From Candidatus Caldarchaeum sp. (GTDB taxonomy: Archaea > Thermoproteota > Nitrososphaeria_A > Caldarchaeales > Caldarchaeaceae), in assembly GCA_038844785.1 (NCBI GenBank), contig JAWBRA010000001.1, forward strand, positions 39,931 through 103,930: 64,000 nucleotides of DNA. The letters are read 5' to 3'. The notes under the pieces are model-generated. The model did not search any database and was not told the origin of the DNA. It saw only the letters and a list, made by a program, of their open reading frames with translations. Made by a program: the position numbers and the translations under genes. Within the stretch, counting starts at the first letter, position 1, and each line of letters begins with the position of its first letter. Shown piece after piece: positions 18,604 through 27,141 of this stretch.

Positions 18604-19796
18604 CTGTTAAGCTTTTACGGTTCTCTTCACCGCGGGGAATCAGGGTTGTAAAAGCCGAAGGGCAATACGTTTGGGATGAAACGGGCAGAAGATATCTTGA
18701 CTTCTACATGGGCTACGGCGCCGCCTTCCTAGGCTACAGGCATCCAAAGATAGTGGAGGCGTTAAAGGAGCAGATGACCAGATACATGACGATAACTCCG
18801 GCGTTCGACACAGACATTATGGACAGTTGCTTGGACAGGCTTGGGCGAATACTCCCCGCTCATCTCGAAAGAGTTTTCTTCCTCAACAGCGGGTCGGAAG
18901 CATGCGAGCTTGCTTTGAAGATAGCTAGAAAGGTTACTGGCAGGAAGAAGGTCCTAGCCTTCGTGAACAGTTTTCACGGGAGAACGATGGGCTCGCTTTC
19001 AGCCACGTGGAACCCGAAGTATCGTGAAGGGTTTGAACCATTTCCGTTTGAAACTATTTTCACACCATACAATAACGCTGAAGCCGTTGAGGAGAAACTT
19101 GGCGAAGATTTTGCTGCAGTCATATTCGAGCCTGTTCAGGGTGAAGGTGGAATAGTGCCGGCAACGGATGATTTCCTCAAAAGAGTTGAGAGAAAGTGTA
19201 GAGATGTCGGGGCTTTACTGATAGCCGACGAGGTTCAGTCAGGCTTCGGAAGGACCGGCCTTGTCTGGGCCCATCAAAAGGCGGGAATAAAGCCTGACAT
19301 GCTGACTGCCGCCAAGGCCATAGCAGGAGGTTTTCCAGCGAGCATAATCGCGGTTACTGAGGAAATCGCCTCTAAGCTTAAAGAAACAGACCATGGTTCA
19401 ACCTATGGAGGCAGCCCGCTGGCTTTGGCGGCTATAAAAGCGGCTGTCGAAGTGCTAATAGAAGAGGACGTTCCTTCCCAAGCCCATGAGAAGGGTGCAG
19501 CGATTGGAGAAATGATGTCCAAAGTCGTCGAAGAAAACCGAGAGCTCTTCAGAGGTCTCCGAAGGAGTGGCCTGATGATAGGTGTTGACATGCGGTCTCA
19601 ACCAGGTGATTTTATAAGGATGCTTCAGAAGAACGGGCTGATAGGCTTTAAAGCAGGTTTGACCGTCCTGAGGTTTCTTCCACCCTACCTCATAACGGAA
19701 GGGGATATGAAAACCGCGGTCGAAGCCATGGTTAAAACAATAGAAGACTATAGGGCTTTACACGGGAAAGCTGAACATTCTCAGAGCCTCGCGTAA
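18600..19796 (+). CDS. lysJ: [LysW]-semialdehyde transaminase (class III)
   Basis: NSGSEA, SFHGRTMG, EPVQGEGG, DEVQSGFGRTG, HGSTYGGSPL. Confidence 0.92.
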   Translation: MTVKLLRFSSPRGIRVVKAEGQYVWDETGRRYLDFYMGYGAAFLGYRHPKIVEALKEQMTRYMTITPAFDTDIMDSCLDRLGRILPAHLERVFFLNSGSEACELALKIARKVTGRKKVLAFVNSFHGRTMGSLSATWNPKYREGFEPFPFETIFTPYNNAEAVEEKLGEDFAAVIFEPVQGEGGIVPATDDFLKRVERKCRDVGALLIADEVQSGFGRTGLVWAHQKAGIKPDMLTAAKAIAGGFPASIIAVTEEIASKLKETDHGSTYGGSPLALAAIKAAVEVLIEEDVPSQAHEKGAAIGEMMSKVVEENRELFRGLRRSGLMIGVDMRSQPGDFIRMLQKNGLIGFKAGLTVLRFLPPYLITEGDMKTAVEAMVKTIEDYRALHGKAEHSQSLA

Positions 19797-21107
19797 CAAG
19801 GGTCTCCCAGCCTCACATGCTTCAAACCAAACCCTGTAAAACGGTTTACCTACTTTGATGAGCTTTGAAAGGTCTGTCGGGCTTGAGCTCAGGATTGCGT
19901 CGCAATCGACATAGGCCAAGGTTTTCTCCAAATCTTTAAGCTGTTCAGAAGTATATCCCATCGCCGGCACTACAGGACCTATGTGAGGATACTGGACATA
20001 GATGTCTCTTATTATTCCAGTTGAGTATGGTTTTGGGTCTACGACCACGGCTCCAGCTGAGACGGCCGCTTCATAGGCTGCTCCGTAAGCCATTCCTCCG
20101 TGAGTCAGCGAAGGCGCGTCCTCCACAACGCAGACCCTCAAACCTTTAAGCTCTTGCATTTTTTCAACATGTATCCTAGACGCGATTTTAGCGATGATAG
20201 CCTTCGGGTTTATGGTGGATAGCTTGGATACGAGCTTGTCCACGTTTTCAGGCGCTGCTCTGTCGGTCTTGTTAACAACCATCACGTCTGCCAAAAGAAG
20301 GTTTATCTCACCCGGATAAGTGCTTGTCTCAAGCCCAGGACGCGTAGCGTCTACAACGGTAATGTGTAGGTCTGGTTTGAAGAAGGGCAGATCGTTGTTT
20401 CCACCGTCCCATAGAATTACGTCCGCTTCCTGTTCCGCCGCCTTTAAAACAGCTTCATAGTCAACCCCTGCGTATACCACAGTCCCCTCACGAAGATGCG
20501 GCTCAAACTCCTCCCTCTCCTCAACGGTGCAGTCGTACCTGTCCATGTCCTCAAGCCTCTCAAACCTTTGAACAACCTGTCTTTCCAAAACGCCGTAAGG
20601 CATGGGATGGCGTACTACAACCGTGTTGACACCTGCTTGACGCAAGAGCCTCACAACATATCTTGATACTGTGCTTTTTCCCGCGCCCGTTTTTGTGGCC
20701 GTAACCGCGACAACTTTCTTGGAGCTGGTCAGCATAGTTGACTGCGGCCCCAGCAGCATGAAGTCAGCGCCCAAGGACATGGCCAGCGAGGCTTTGTGCA
20801 TCACTTCCTCATGGGTTACGTCGCTATAGGCGAAAACCACAAGCTGTATCTTCTTCTCCTTAATCAGCCTAGGCAGCTCCGCCTCGTCGTAAATGGGTAT
20901 GCCTTCTGGATAGAGGGGGCCGGCCAAGCTGGGAGGGTAAACCCTCCCCGCAATCCCGGGTATTTGGGCGGCTGTGAAAGCCACCACCTCATACTCGCTC
21001 CTTCCCCTGAAAAAGACGTTAAAGTTGTGGAACTCGTGGAGCTCCTTTTACTCCGGAGCCCAGTCACGTCCCGCCGCTCCCATGATAAGCGTCCTAACCC
21101 TCTTCAT
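19758..21107 (-). CDS. Arginine synthetase ArcE-like / cDPGS-like P-loop protein, two exons (21107-21063 joined to 21032-19758; 439 aa spliced)
   Basis: Exon 1 is MKRVRTLIMGAAGRD and exon 2 begins FHNFNVFFRGRSEYEVVAFTAAQIP. Further motifs: TKTGAGKST, VRHPMPYG, EEREEFEPH, WDGGNND, EDAPSLTHGG, PAMGY. Confidence 0.85.
21033..21062 (-). other. 30-nt bulge-helix-bulge (BHB) intron in a protein-coding gene
   Basis: Minus-strand RNA GGA-CGUG-AC^U-GGGCUCC-GGAGUAAAA-GGAGCUC-CACG-AG^U-UCC has a 4-bp central helix, two 3-nt bulges and flanking helices. It contains an in-frame UAA, and removal restores GRDFHNFN. Confidence 0.88.
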
Positions 21108-21187
21108 GCTTGTAGAGGGTTAGCGGATGGGTAAAAACCTTGTCCAAAGACTTATAATCCAACAAAGTGGACGGATGACGAAAGCAG

Positions 21188-22270
21188 TTGGGCGAGCTAA
21201 AGGCCATTGAGGTTTACAGGGAGCCAGCCGTCTCGACATTGGTCCAGCTCCTCGAAGTCTACACACCGCCCGGAGAGGAAAGAAGGCTTGAAAGAACGTG
21301 GTTTAGAATCTGCGCAGACCTTCGGTATCATAGGGTTTGGCGCGACGAGCTTGGAAACTACTTTGCCTCCGTTGGGGATGGAGATAAAACGGTGATGCTC
21401 GTGAGCCACGTGGACACGGTTCCCGGCGAGCTGAGGGTTAGAGTTTCCGGCGGTAGAGTGTATGGCAGAGGAGCGGTTGACGCAAAAGGACCTTTATCGG
21501 CCATGCTTTTAGCAGGCAGTATTGTCGCAGATAGGCTGAAGAACTCGAGGCTTGTCGTGGCAGGGCTGGTGGACGAGGAGGGGATGGGCAGGGGCGCGAA
21601 AAAACTTGTCGAGGATGGAATATACGCTGACTCGATAGTGATAGGCGAGCCCACGGGCACGTATGGAATAGCTGTATCATACAGAGGAAGCATAAGCGTG
21701 AAAGTTATGGCGACCGCTAAGGGCGGCCACGCTTCAGCCCCATACATTGCCGAATCAGCTGTTGAGAAGCTGCTAAACCTCTGGAGGATGGTGAGCCAAG
21801 AGTTTGGCGGAACTAGGTATGAAGATATAACATCGGCTTTGACGACCATTCACGCAGGAGACTGGATAAGCCGGATACCTGACAGAGCCGAGGGAAGCAT
21901 TAACATAAGGTTTCCACACCCTTACACTTCCAAGCATATACTAGCAAAACTTGAGACGTTTGTAAAAAACAGCGGATGTTCAATGGAGATAGTTGACATA
22001 ACCGAACCTGTTGTCACAAGCGTCAACAACAGAACTGCGCGTGCAATGCAACGGGCTATGCTGAAGCTGAACTACAAACCACGAATAGTTAAGAAAACCG
22101 GAACAAGCGACATGAACACCTTAGCGTCTGTGACGAGAGACATAATTGCGTGCGGGCCCGGTGACTCTACTCTTGCACACACAGACTCCGAATACATAGA
22201 TATAAACGACATAATAACGGCTACAAGAATATACTCCGAGTTCGTCAAGGAGATTGACCTATTGCAGTAG
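21188..22270 (+). CDS. lysK: [LysW]-lysine/ornithine hydrolase (M20)
   Basis: SHVDTVPG, GRGAVDAKGPL, DEEG, IGEP, KTGTSDMN, GPGDSTLAHT. Confidence 0.92.
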   Translation: MGELKAIEVYREPAVSTLVQLLEVYTPPGEERRLERTWFRICADLRYHRVWRDELGNYFASVGDGDKTVMLVSHVDTVPGELRVRVSGGRVYGRGAVDAKGPLSAMLLAGSIVADRLKNSRLVVAGLVDEEGMGRGAKKLVEDGIYADSIVIGEPTGTYGIAVSYRGSISVKVMATAKGGHASAPYIAESAVEKLLNLWRMVSQEFGGTRYEDITSALTTIHAGDWISRIPDRAEGSINIRFPHPYTSKHILAKLETFVKNSGCSMEIVDITEPVVTSVNNRTARAMQRAMLKLNYKPRIVKKTGTSDMNTLASVTRDIIACGPGDSTLAHTDSEYIDINDIITATRIYSEFVKEIDLLQ

Positions 22271-23698
22271 CCTGCTCAAGCCTTTTTGAAAGTTTTCTCG
22301 CTCGCTGACAATAATCTCCCTTAATGTCTTTATATCTTCCAGCATTTTGCTGGATAACCTTGCAACATGACTGGGGTTGGCTGAGCCTTCAACGGCGTAT
22401 CTCTCCACCGTTTGGCCTGCATCCATGAGAGATAAAACATCCTCGACCCCGACACGGGCTTGAATGGATTCTTCTTCGAATATTCTTTGAAGAGAGAGCT
22501 CGTTAAGCTGATGAGATGCAACAAGTCTGCTAATCCTGCCAGCCACAGCATGGGCTTTTCTGAAACTTACACCGTGCCTTAAACTCAGATAGTTTGCCAC
22601 CTCTACGGCTGCCGTTGGCGGAGCGCATGAATACAGAGCCTTTTCACGGTTCACCTCTAATAGCTTCACCATTTTGTTGAGAAGGTTAAGGCTTGACTCA
22701 ACCTGATCTAATGCAGACCAAAGCTTAGGTGTTGTTTGCTGTAGGTCGAGGTTGTATCCGCTAGGCTGCCTTGAAAGGATTCCAGCCAATGAAGTAACTA
22801 ATCCAAGGACTTCCGCAGCCTTGGTCCTCATTATCTCGGCTACAACAGGGTTGCGTTTTTGAGGCATTATGCTGCTCGTAGCAGAGTATTCCTCCGGCAT
22901 CTTCAACAAGCCGAACTCCTCAGACGAATAGAGCACCATTTCTTCGGCGAATGAGGACAGGATGACCGCTATGATGAGAAGCTGCATCAAACAGTGGAGG
23001 AGAAAGTCACGTGAAGCCGTAGCTTCTAAAGCATTTCTGCTAATATCGCGAAAGCCTAGGAGCCGAGCCAAATAAACTCTGTCAAGAGGGACTGAAGTGC
23101 CTGCAACAGCCGCAGAACCTAGGGGACATTCTTCACAAGCCTCGATAACGTCTTTCAGCCTTGGAACAGTCTTGTAAAGCCTTATCGCATATGCTTGAAG
23201 TATGAATCCGAAGGTTGCCGGCGCAGCTCTCTGCAGATGCGTGTAGACGGGGAACAGGGTTGCCGACTCCTCAACGCTTCTCTTGAAGAGGGATTCGACG
23301 GTGTCCAGAAGCAGGATTATAAGGTTGTAGAGCCTCTGCTTAAGCTTAAGCTTAACCGCCGCCACAACAGCGTCGTTTCTGCTTTTACCCAACGCCAGCA
23401 TCTCGCCCACCTCCGGAACCTTCTGCGACAGCATGGACTCTATGTATATGTGGATGTCCTCAACATCTTCAGGGATTGTGACACCCGATTTTATGATTGA
23501 CGAGAGGAAGGCAACGGCCTTTTCGGCTGACTCCTTGTCCACCACACCCAGTTTCTCAAGAGCTCTGACATGGGCTATGTTCACGTAAACCGTTTCGTCT
23601 AGTATGGCGTGGTCGAAGGATGAGGAGGAAGTGTAGGCAGCCGCATCAACGTCCATCTTCTTTTTAAGAATCCCCTTACGATGTGGAGCTGTCTCCAT
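22259..23698 (-). CDS. argH: Argininosuccinate lyase
   Basis: KSRND, YTHLQRA, PLGSAAVAGTS, TSSIMPQKRNP, GYNLDLQ. Confidence 0.93.
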   Translation of the reverse strand: METAPHRKGILKKKMDVDAAAYTSSSSFDHAILDETVYVNIAHVRALEKLGVVDKESAEKAVAFLSSIIKSGVTIPEDVEDIHIYIESMLSQKVPEVGEMLALGKSRNDAVVAAVKLKLKQRLYNLIILLLDTVESLFKRSVEESATLFPVYTHLQRAAPATFGFILQAYAIRLYKTVPRLKDVIEACEECPLGSAAVAGTSVPLDRVYLARLLGFRDISRNALEATASRDFLLHCLMQLLIIAVILSSFAEEMVLYSSEEFGLLKMPEEYSATSSIMPQKRNPVVAEIMRTKAAEVLGLVTSLAGILSRQPSGYNLDLQQTTPKLWSALDQVESSLNLLNKMVKLLEVNREKALYSCAPPTAAVEVANYLSLRHGVSFRKAHAVAGRISRLVASHQLNELSLQRIFEEESIQARVGVEDVLSLMDAGQTVERYAVEGSANPSHVARLSSKMLEDIKTLREIIVSERENFQKGLSRLLQ

Positions 23699-23699
23699 G

Positions 23700-24905
23700 T
23701 TATTCCTGCTCTCTTAAAGCGCTGAGCCTTGTCTCCAAGCTCCAAAGCTTCGAAAACCCTTCGCCGGCCTTCTGGTCGAACACGCTTTCACGTGCGTAGG
23801 TTATATACTTAATTGAATAGAGAGGCTTTTCACCTCTTCTGCCCACAATCCTGGCCGAGCCTTTAAACAATCTCACCCGTACCTCGCCAGTAACACCTTG
23901 CTGCGAAACATCTATGAAAGCGTCAAGCGCCTTTCTCAACGGGTCCGCCCACAAACCGCTGTAAACCATTTCAGCCCATGCCGCGTCCACGTACTGCTTG
24001 AAAGCTTGCATACGCCTCCCTAGAAACATTTTTTCAAGGTCAGCGTGGGCGTTTATCAGCAGAAGCGCGGCTGGAAGCTCATAAACCTCACGTGACTTCA
24101 ATCCGACAACCCTGTCCTCGACATGGTCTACGATCCCGAAGCCGTGCTTGCCGCCTAAAACGTTCAACTCTTTTATTATTTCCATCAGATGCTTTCTTTG
24201 CCCGTTGAGCGAGACAGGAACCCCGTTTTCAAAACCTATCACAATCTCTTCAGCCTCGTCCGGAGTAAGCTCCAAGGGTTTCACAAGCTTAAACGCTTCG
24301 GCTGGTGGTTCTGTCCAGGGATCTTCCAGCTCAGCAGCCTCAATGGACCTGCCCCAAAGGTTTTCGTCTACGCTAAACCTGCTCTTCACAGGGTTTATGG
24401 GCAGGTTATGTTCAAGGGCATACTCTATCTCCTCATCTCTGCTCATGTTCCATTCTCTAACGGGTGCGATTATCTTGAGCTGTGGAGCTAGGTAGGAAAA
24501 CGTTGCGTCGAACCTGAGCTGGTCGTTTCCCTTCCCTGTACAGCCGTGCGCAACAGCATTGCATCTCTCCCTCAACGCAACTTTGACAACCTCCTCAGCA
24601 ATAAGAGGCCTGCTTATGGCAGAGGACAGCGGATAGCTTTTCTCATACAGCGCGTTTGCCTTGATAACCCGTGAGACAAACTCTTCCACGAACCTTTTCT
24701 TTGCGTCAATGTTGACATGTAGAACGGCGCCGCTTCTGTAGGCTTTTTCCTCAATCTCTTTGAAGTCCTCATCCTGGCCTACGTCAACAGTGACGGTCAC
24801 AACCTCGGCGTTGTATTTTTGGCTTATCCACTTTATCATAACCGTGGTGTCCAGGCCGCCGCTGTAGGCAAGAGCTACTTTCATTGGTACTGAAGTGTTT
24901 AACAC
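23700..24905 (-). CDS. argG: Argininosuccinate synthase
   Basis: LAYSGGLDTT, AHGCTGKGNDQLRF, SVDENLWGRS, GLKSREVYE. Real start may be ATG 24884. Confidence 0.96.
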   Translation of the reverse strand: MLNTSVPMKVALAYSGGLDTTVMIKWISQKYNAEVVTVTVDVGQDEDFKEIEEKAYRSGAVLHVNIDAKKRFVEEFVSRVIKANALYEKSYPLSSAISRPLIAEEVVKVALRERCNAVAHGCTGKGNDQLRFDATFSYLAPQLKIIAPVREWNMSRDEEIEYALEHNLPINPVKSRFSVDENLWGRSIEAAELEDPWTEPPAEAFKLVKPLELTPDEAEEIVIGFENGVPVSLNGQRKHLMEIIKELNVLGGKHGFGIVDHVEDRVVGLKSREVYELPAALLLINAHADLEKMFLGRRMQAFKQYVDAAWAEMVYSGLWADPLRKALDAFIDVSQQGVTGEVRVRLFKGSARIVGRRGEKPLYSIKYITYARESVFDQKAGEGFSKLWSLETRLSALREQE

Positions 24906-24923
24906 CTACTCTTAAGCATATGG

Positions 24924-25334
24924 TTATTCGGCTTCACCCTGTTCTTTCAGAGAGATTTCCTCCAGCTTCTTCTTTATGAAATCTTTTCTTATGACACCGG
25001 CTTCCAGAAGATTGACCAAAGAATTTAGCGACGCCTCGCCTGTCACTCTTCCGAAGACTCCCTTAATCTGCCGCCACTTCAAGTTTGTGTTGCCGCTTTT
25101 AGACCTGTAAATAACGCCGAGCACATCCGCCACCTTCACAAACCTAACATCCCGCATCTCCTTCAAAGGGATTTTCGAAACCGCTTCAACGTAGATCGTG
25201 CCCTGAGAAGAATCTCTCTCGGGGAAAACAGATGTGTCGTGAAGGTATGCCTGCGGTATGTAAGAGGCGCATGTGTTGAGTATCACAAACTGTCTAAACT
25301 TTTCTAAATGGGTTTTCTCGTCTATCAATACCAT
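24924..25334 (-). CDS. Hypothetical protein
   Basis: 136-aa ORF co-oriented and tightly packed between the PDCD5-like gene and argG. Confidence 0.65.
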   Translation of the reverse strand: MVLIDEKTHLEKFRQFVILNTCASYIPQAYLHDTSVFPERDSSQGTIYVEAVSKIPLKEMRDVRFVKVADVLGVIYRSKSGNTNLKWRQIKGVFGRVTGEASLNSLVNLLEAGVIRKDFIKKKLEEISLKEQGEAE

Positions 25335-25337
25335 AGC

Positions 25338-25679
25338 TCACCACCCGACGTTTCTCGAACGCCATTCAATCTTAGTCTCCTTTTTCTTCGGCATTATCCT
25401 GTCGAGTATGAGCTTAAGGCCTTCGTCGTCTATTGGAAGCTTAACGTTTCCAGCCTGAGAAACCTGAATCAAGTACGTCTCAACTTTCTCAGCTATCTCC
25501 GGCTTGATAAGCTTAAGGTTGTTAAGCCTCTGCCTGGCCTCGGGTGTTAGAATCGTACGTAAAGCAGCCGCCCGCTCCAGTTCTCTCTGACGCCTAGCCT
25601 GCTCCTCTGCAGCCCTTGCCTGAAGCTCAGCCAGCCTCTGTTGTCTCAGCCTTTCAAGCTCTTCGTCCTCGCCCGACAT
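25338..25679 (-). CDS. PDCD5-like DNA-binding protein
   Basis: DEELERLRQQRLAELQ, ILTPEARQRLNNLKL. Confidence 0.9.
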   Translation of the reverse strand: MSGEDEELERLRQQRLAELQARAAEEQARRQRELERAAALRTILTPEARQRLNNLKLIKPEIAEKVETYLIQVSQAGNVKLPIDDEGLKLILDRIMPKKKETKIEWRSRNVGW

Positions 25680-25734
25680 CCACCTAAAAAGAGAAAAACA
25701 CTGGGATATATTTAAACACTCTATAAGTTTTTAA

Positions 25735-26351
25735 GGGACTGTCAACTTAAGGTCATCCATGCCCTTATCCACTTCTCCGATACCTTCGGCCTGTATGTTG
25801 GGAAGCATGTGTTGAACTGTTTTATCCTCCTCTTGAGCTTGCTGAACCAAGACTCTATAGCGTTTCTCCTGCCGAACGTCTCCACCCTCCTCCTAAAGCC
25901 CAGAACCTTCATAGGCCATCCATACCATGGAGCCCTATCCGTGTAGACTGTAGGGTTATTAGCCCACCTATCCCTAACCACCTCAAGGAACCTTATACAC
26001 TCGGCTATTCCAGCCCATACATAGGCTCTCCTGACGAGATTACGGATTACTGTCCACGCCTACGCCTATCTACAAGTGAGAAGGCCTCACCAGCCCTATG
26101 GAACCAATCCCTAACAGACTCATGGCTTACCTGGAATCCTAGCTCGCATAATATCCCCGCTACCCTCCTGAGGCTAAGCCCCTCCACATACAGCCTAACG
26201 CCGAGAGCCCTCACCCACGGAGGCATCCTGAGACGGGGAAAGACATTCCTATCACCGAAGAAACCTATAAGACGGCCTAGGCCGACCCCAACTCTGCATC
26301 ACCCACAACTGATGGGAAGGCCCAGGCCATAGACCTTAAGTTGACAGTCCC
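25735..26351 (-). mobile_element. IS6-family element, degenerate copy
   Basis: Perfect 20-bp TIRs GGGACTGTCAACTTAAGGTC. The transposase frame is broken by internal deletions relative to the 48438-49130 copy. Confidence 0.88.
25742..26228 (-). pseudogene. IS6 transposase pseudogene
   Basis: N-part MPPWVRALGVRLYVEGLSLRRV... stops after RRRGQ and the first catalytic VDET segment is lost. C-part YTDRAPWY...RNAIESWFSKLKRR remains. Confidence 0.8.
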
Positions 26352-26373
26352 AAGGTTTTAACCTGATACCTTT

Positions 26374-27081
26374 TTAAAAAGACTCCAGCTCCATAAGGCT
26401 GAGCATGTAAGATTTTGAAAGCTCTTCCGCCGACGGTATCTTCAACTTTAGTCCGAGCAGTTTCACGACAGCTTCTATGGCTCGTCTGGCGGCGAAGAAG
26501 TCAGGGGCCATTTCAGCCGTTTCAACAAGCATTGAGAAATTGTTCAGCCCGGCTTCTGACGCAAGGACGGTCAACAACCCGGCAGCCCCGACTATCTGAC
26601 CGGTGTATTTGACTCCTTCGACAGCCTTCATCCATGTGTTCAGAAGGTTTTGATCTGTGGATGAACAGTATATTTCCCTTCTTTCTGAGACGCTTTCTTT
26701 ACCGTACCCGCCTATCGTCAATATGGTTTTACATCCCATGTTCTTTGCCACCGTGATTATTTTCTCGCATAGGTCGTACTGGCCGTAGCTTGTCGACGGC
26801 TGTGCGTTCCCGTAAAGCATTAGCAGGGGAGGGCTGTGCTCGGCCAAGTATATGTCGGCGAAGCTGAAAACAAGCTTCCCCTCAGTAATGTATCCTATGG
26901 CCGGGAAGAAAGGTGAGAAAAACCTACAAACCCTGCGGGACTTGAGGTTTCTCAGTAAATATGCAACCGTCACCTTCGCCACAAGACCTATGCCCGGAAG
27001 GCCCTCTATGAGCACCCCGTCAAAAAGCCTGATTTTATCCGCTCCATCCTCGTATCTTATCTCCGCCTCAAGCATAACCAT
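26374..27081 (-). CDS. PAC2-family proteasome assembly chaperone
   Basis: IEGLPGIGLVAK, GNAQP, TIGGY, IVGAAGLL. Confidence 0.82.
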   Translation of the reverse strand: MVMLEAEIRYEDGADKIRLFDGVLIEGLPGIGLVAKVTVAYLLRNLKSRRVCRFFSPFFPAIGYITEGKLVFSFADIYLAEHSPPLLMLYGNAQPSTSYGQYDLCEKIITVAKNMGCKTILTIGGYGKESVSERREIYCSSTDQNLLNTWMKAVEGVKYTGQIVGAAGLLTVLASEAGLNNFSMLVETAEMAPDFFAARRAIEAVVKLLGLKLKIPSAEELSKSYMLSLMELESF

Positions 27082-27141
27082 ATTTGAGGCGGGGATGTTA
27101 TTAGGGATTTTTCGGCGTCTTTAAAGCAAGGCTTTAATGAA

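Noticed and set aside
20988-21107. Reading the ArcE-like gene as a nonsense pseudogene or a stop-readthrough/selenocysteine case
   Set aside because: The stop is TAA inside a 10-codon insert that splits a conserved motif. Readthrough would leave the motif broken, whereas BHB excision repairs it exactly.
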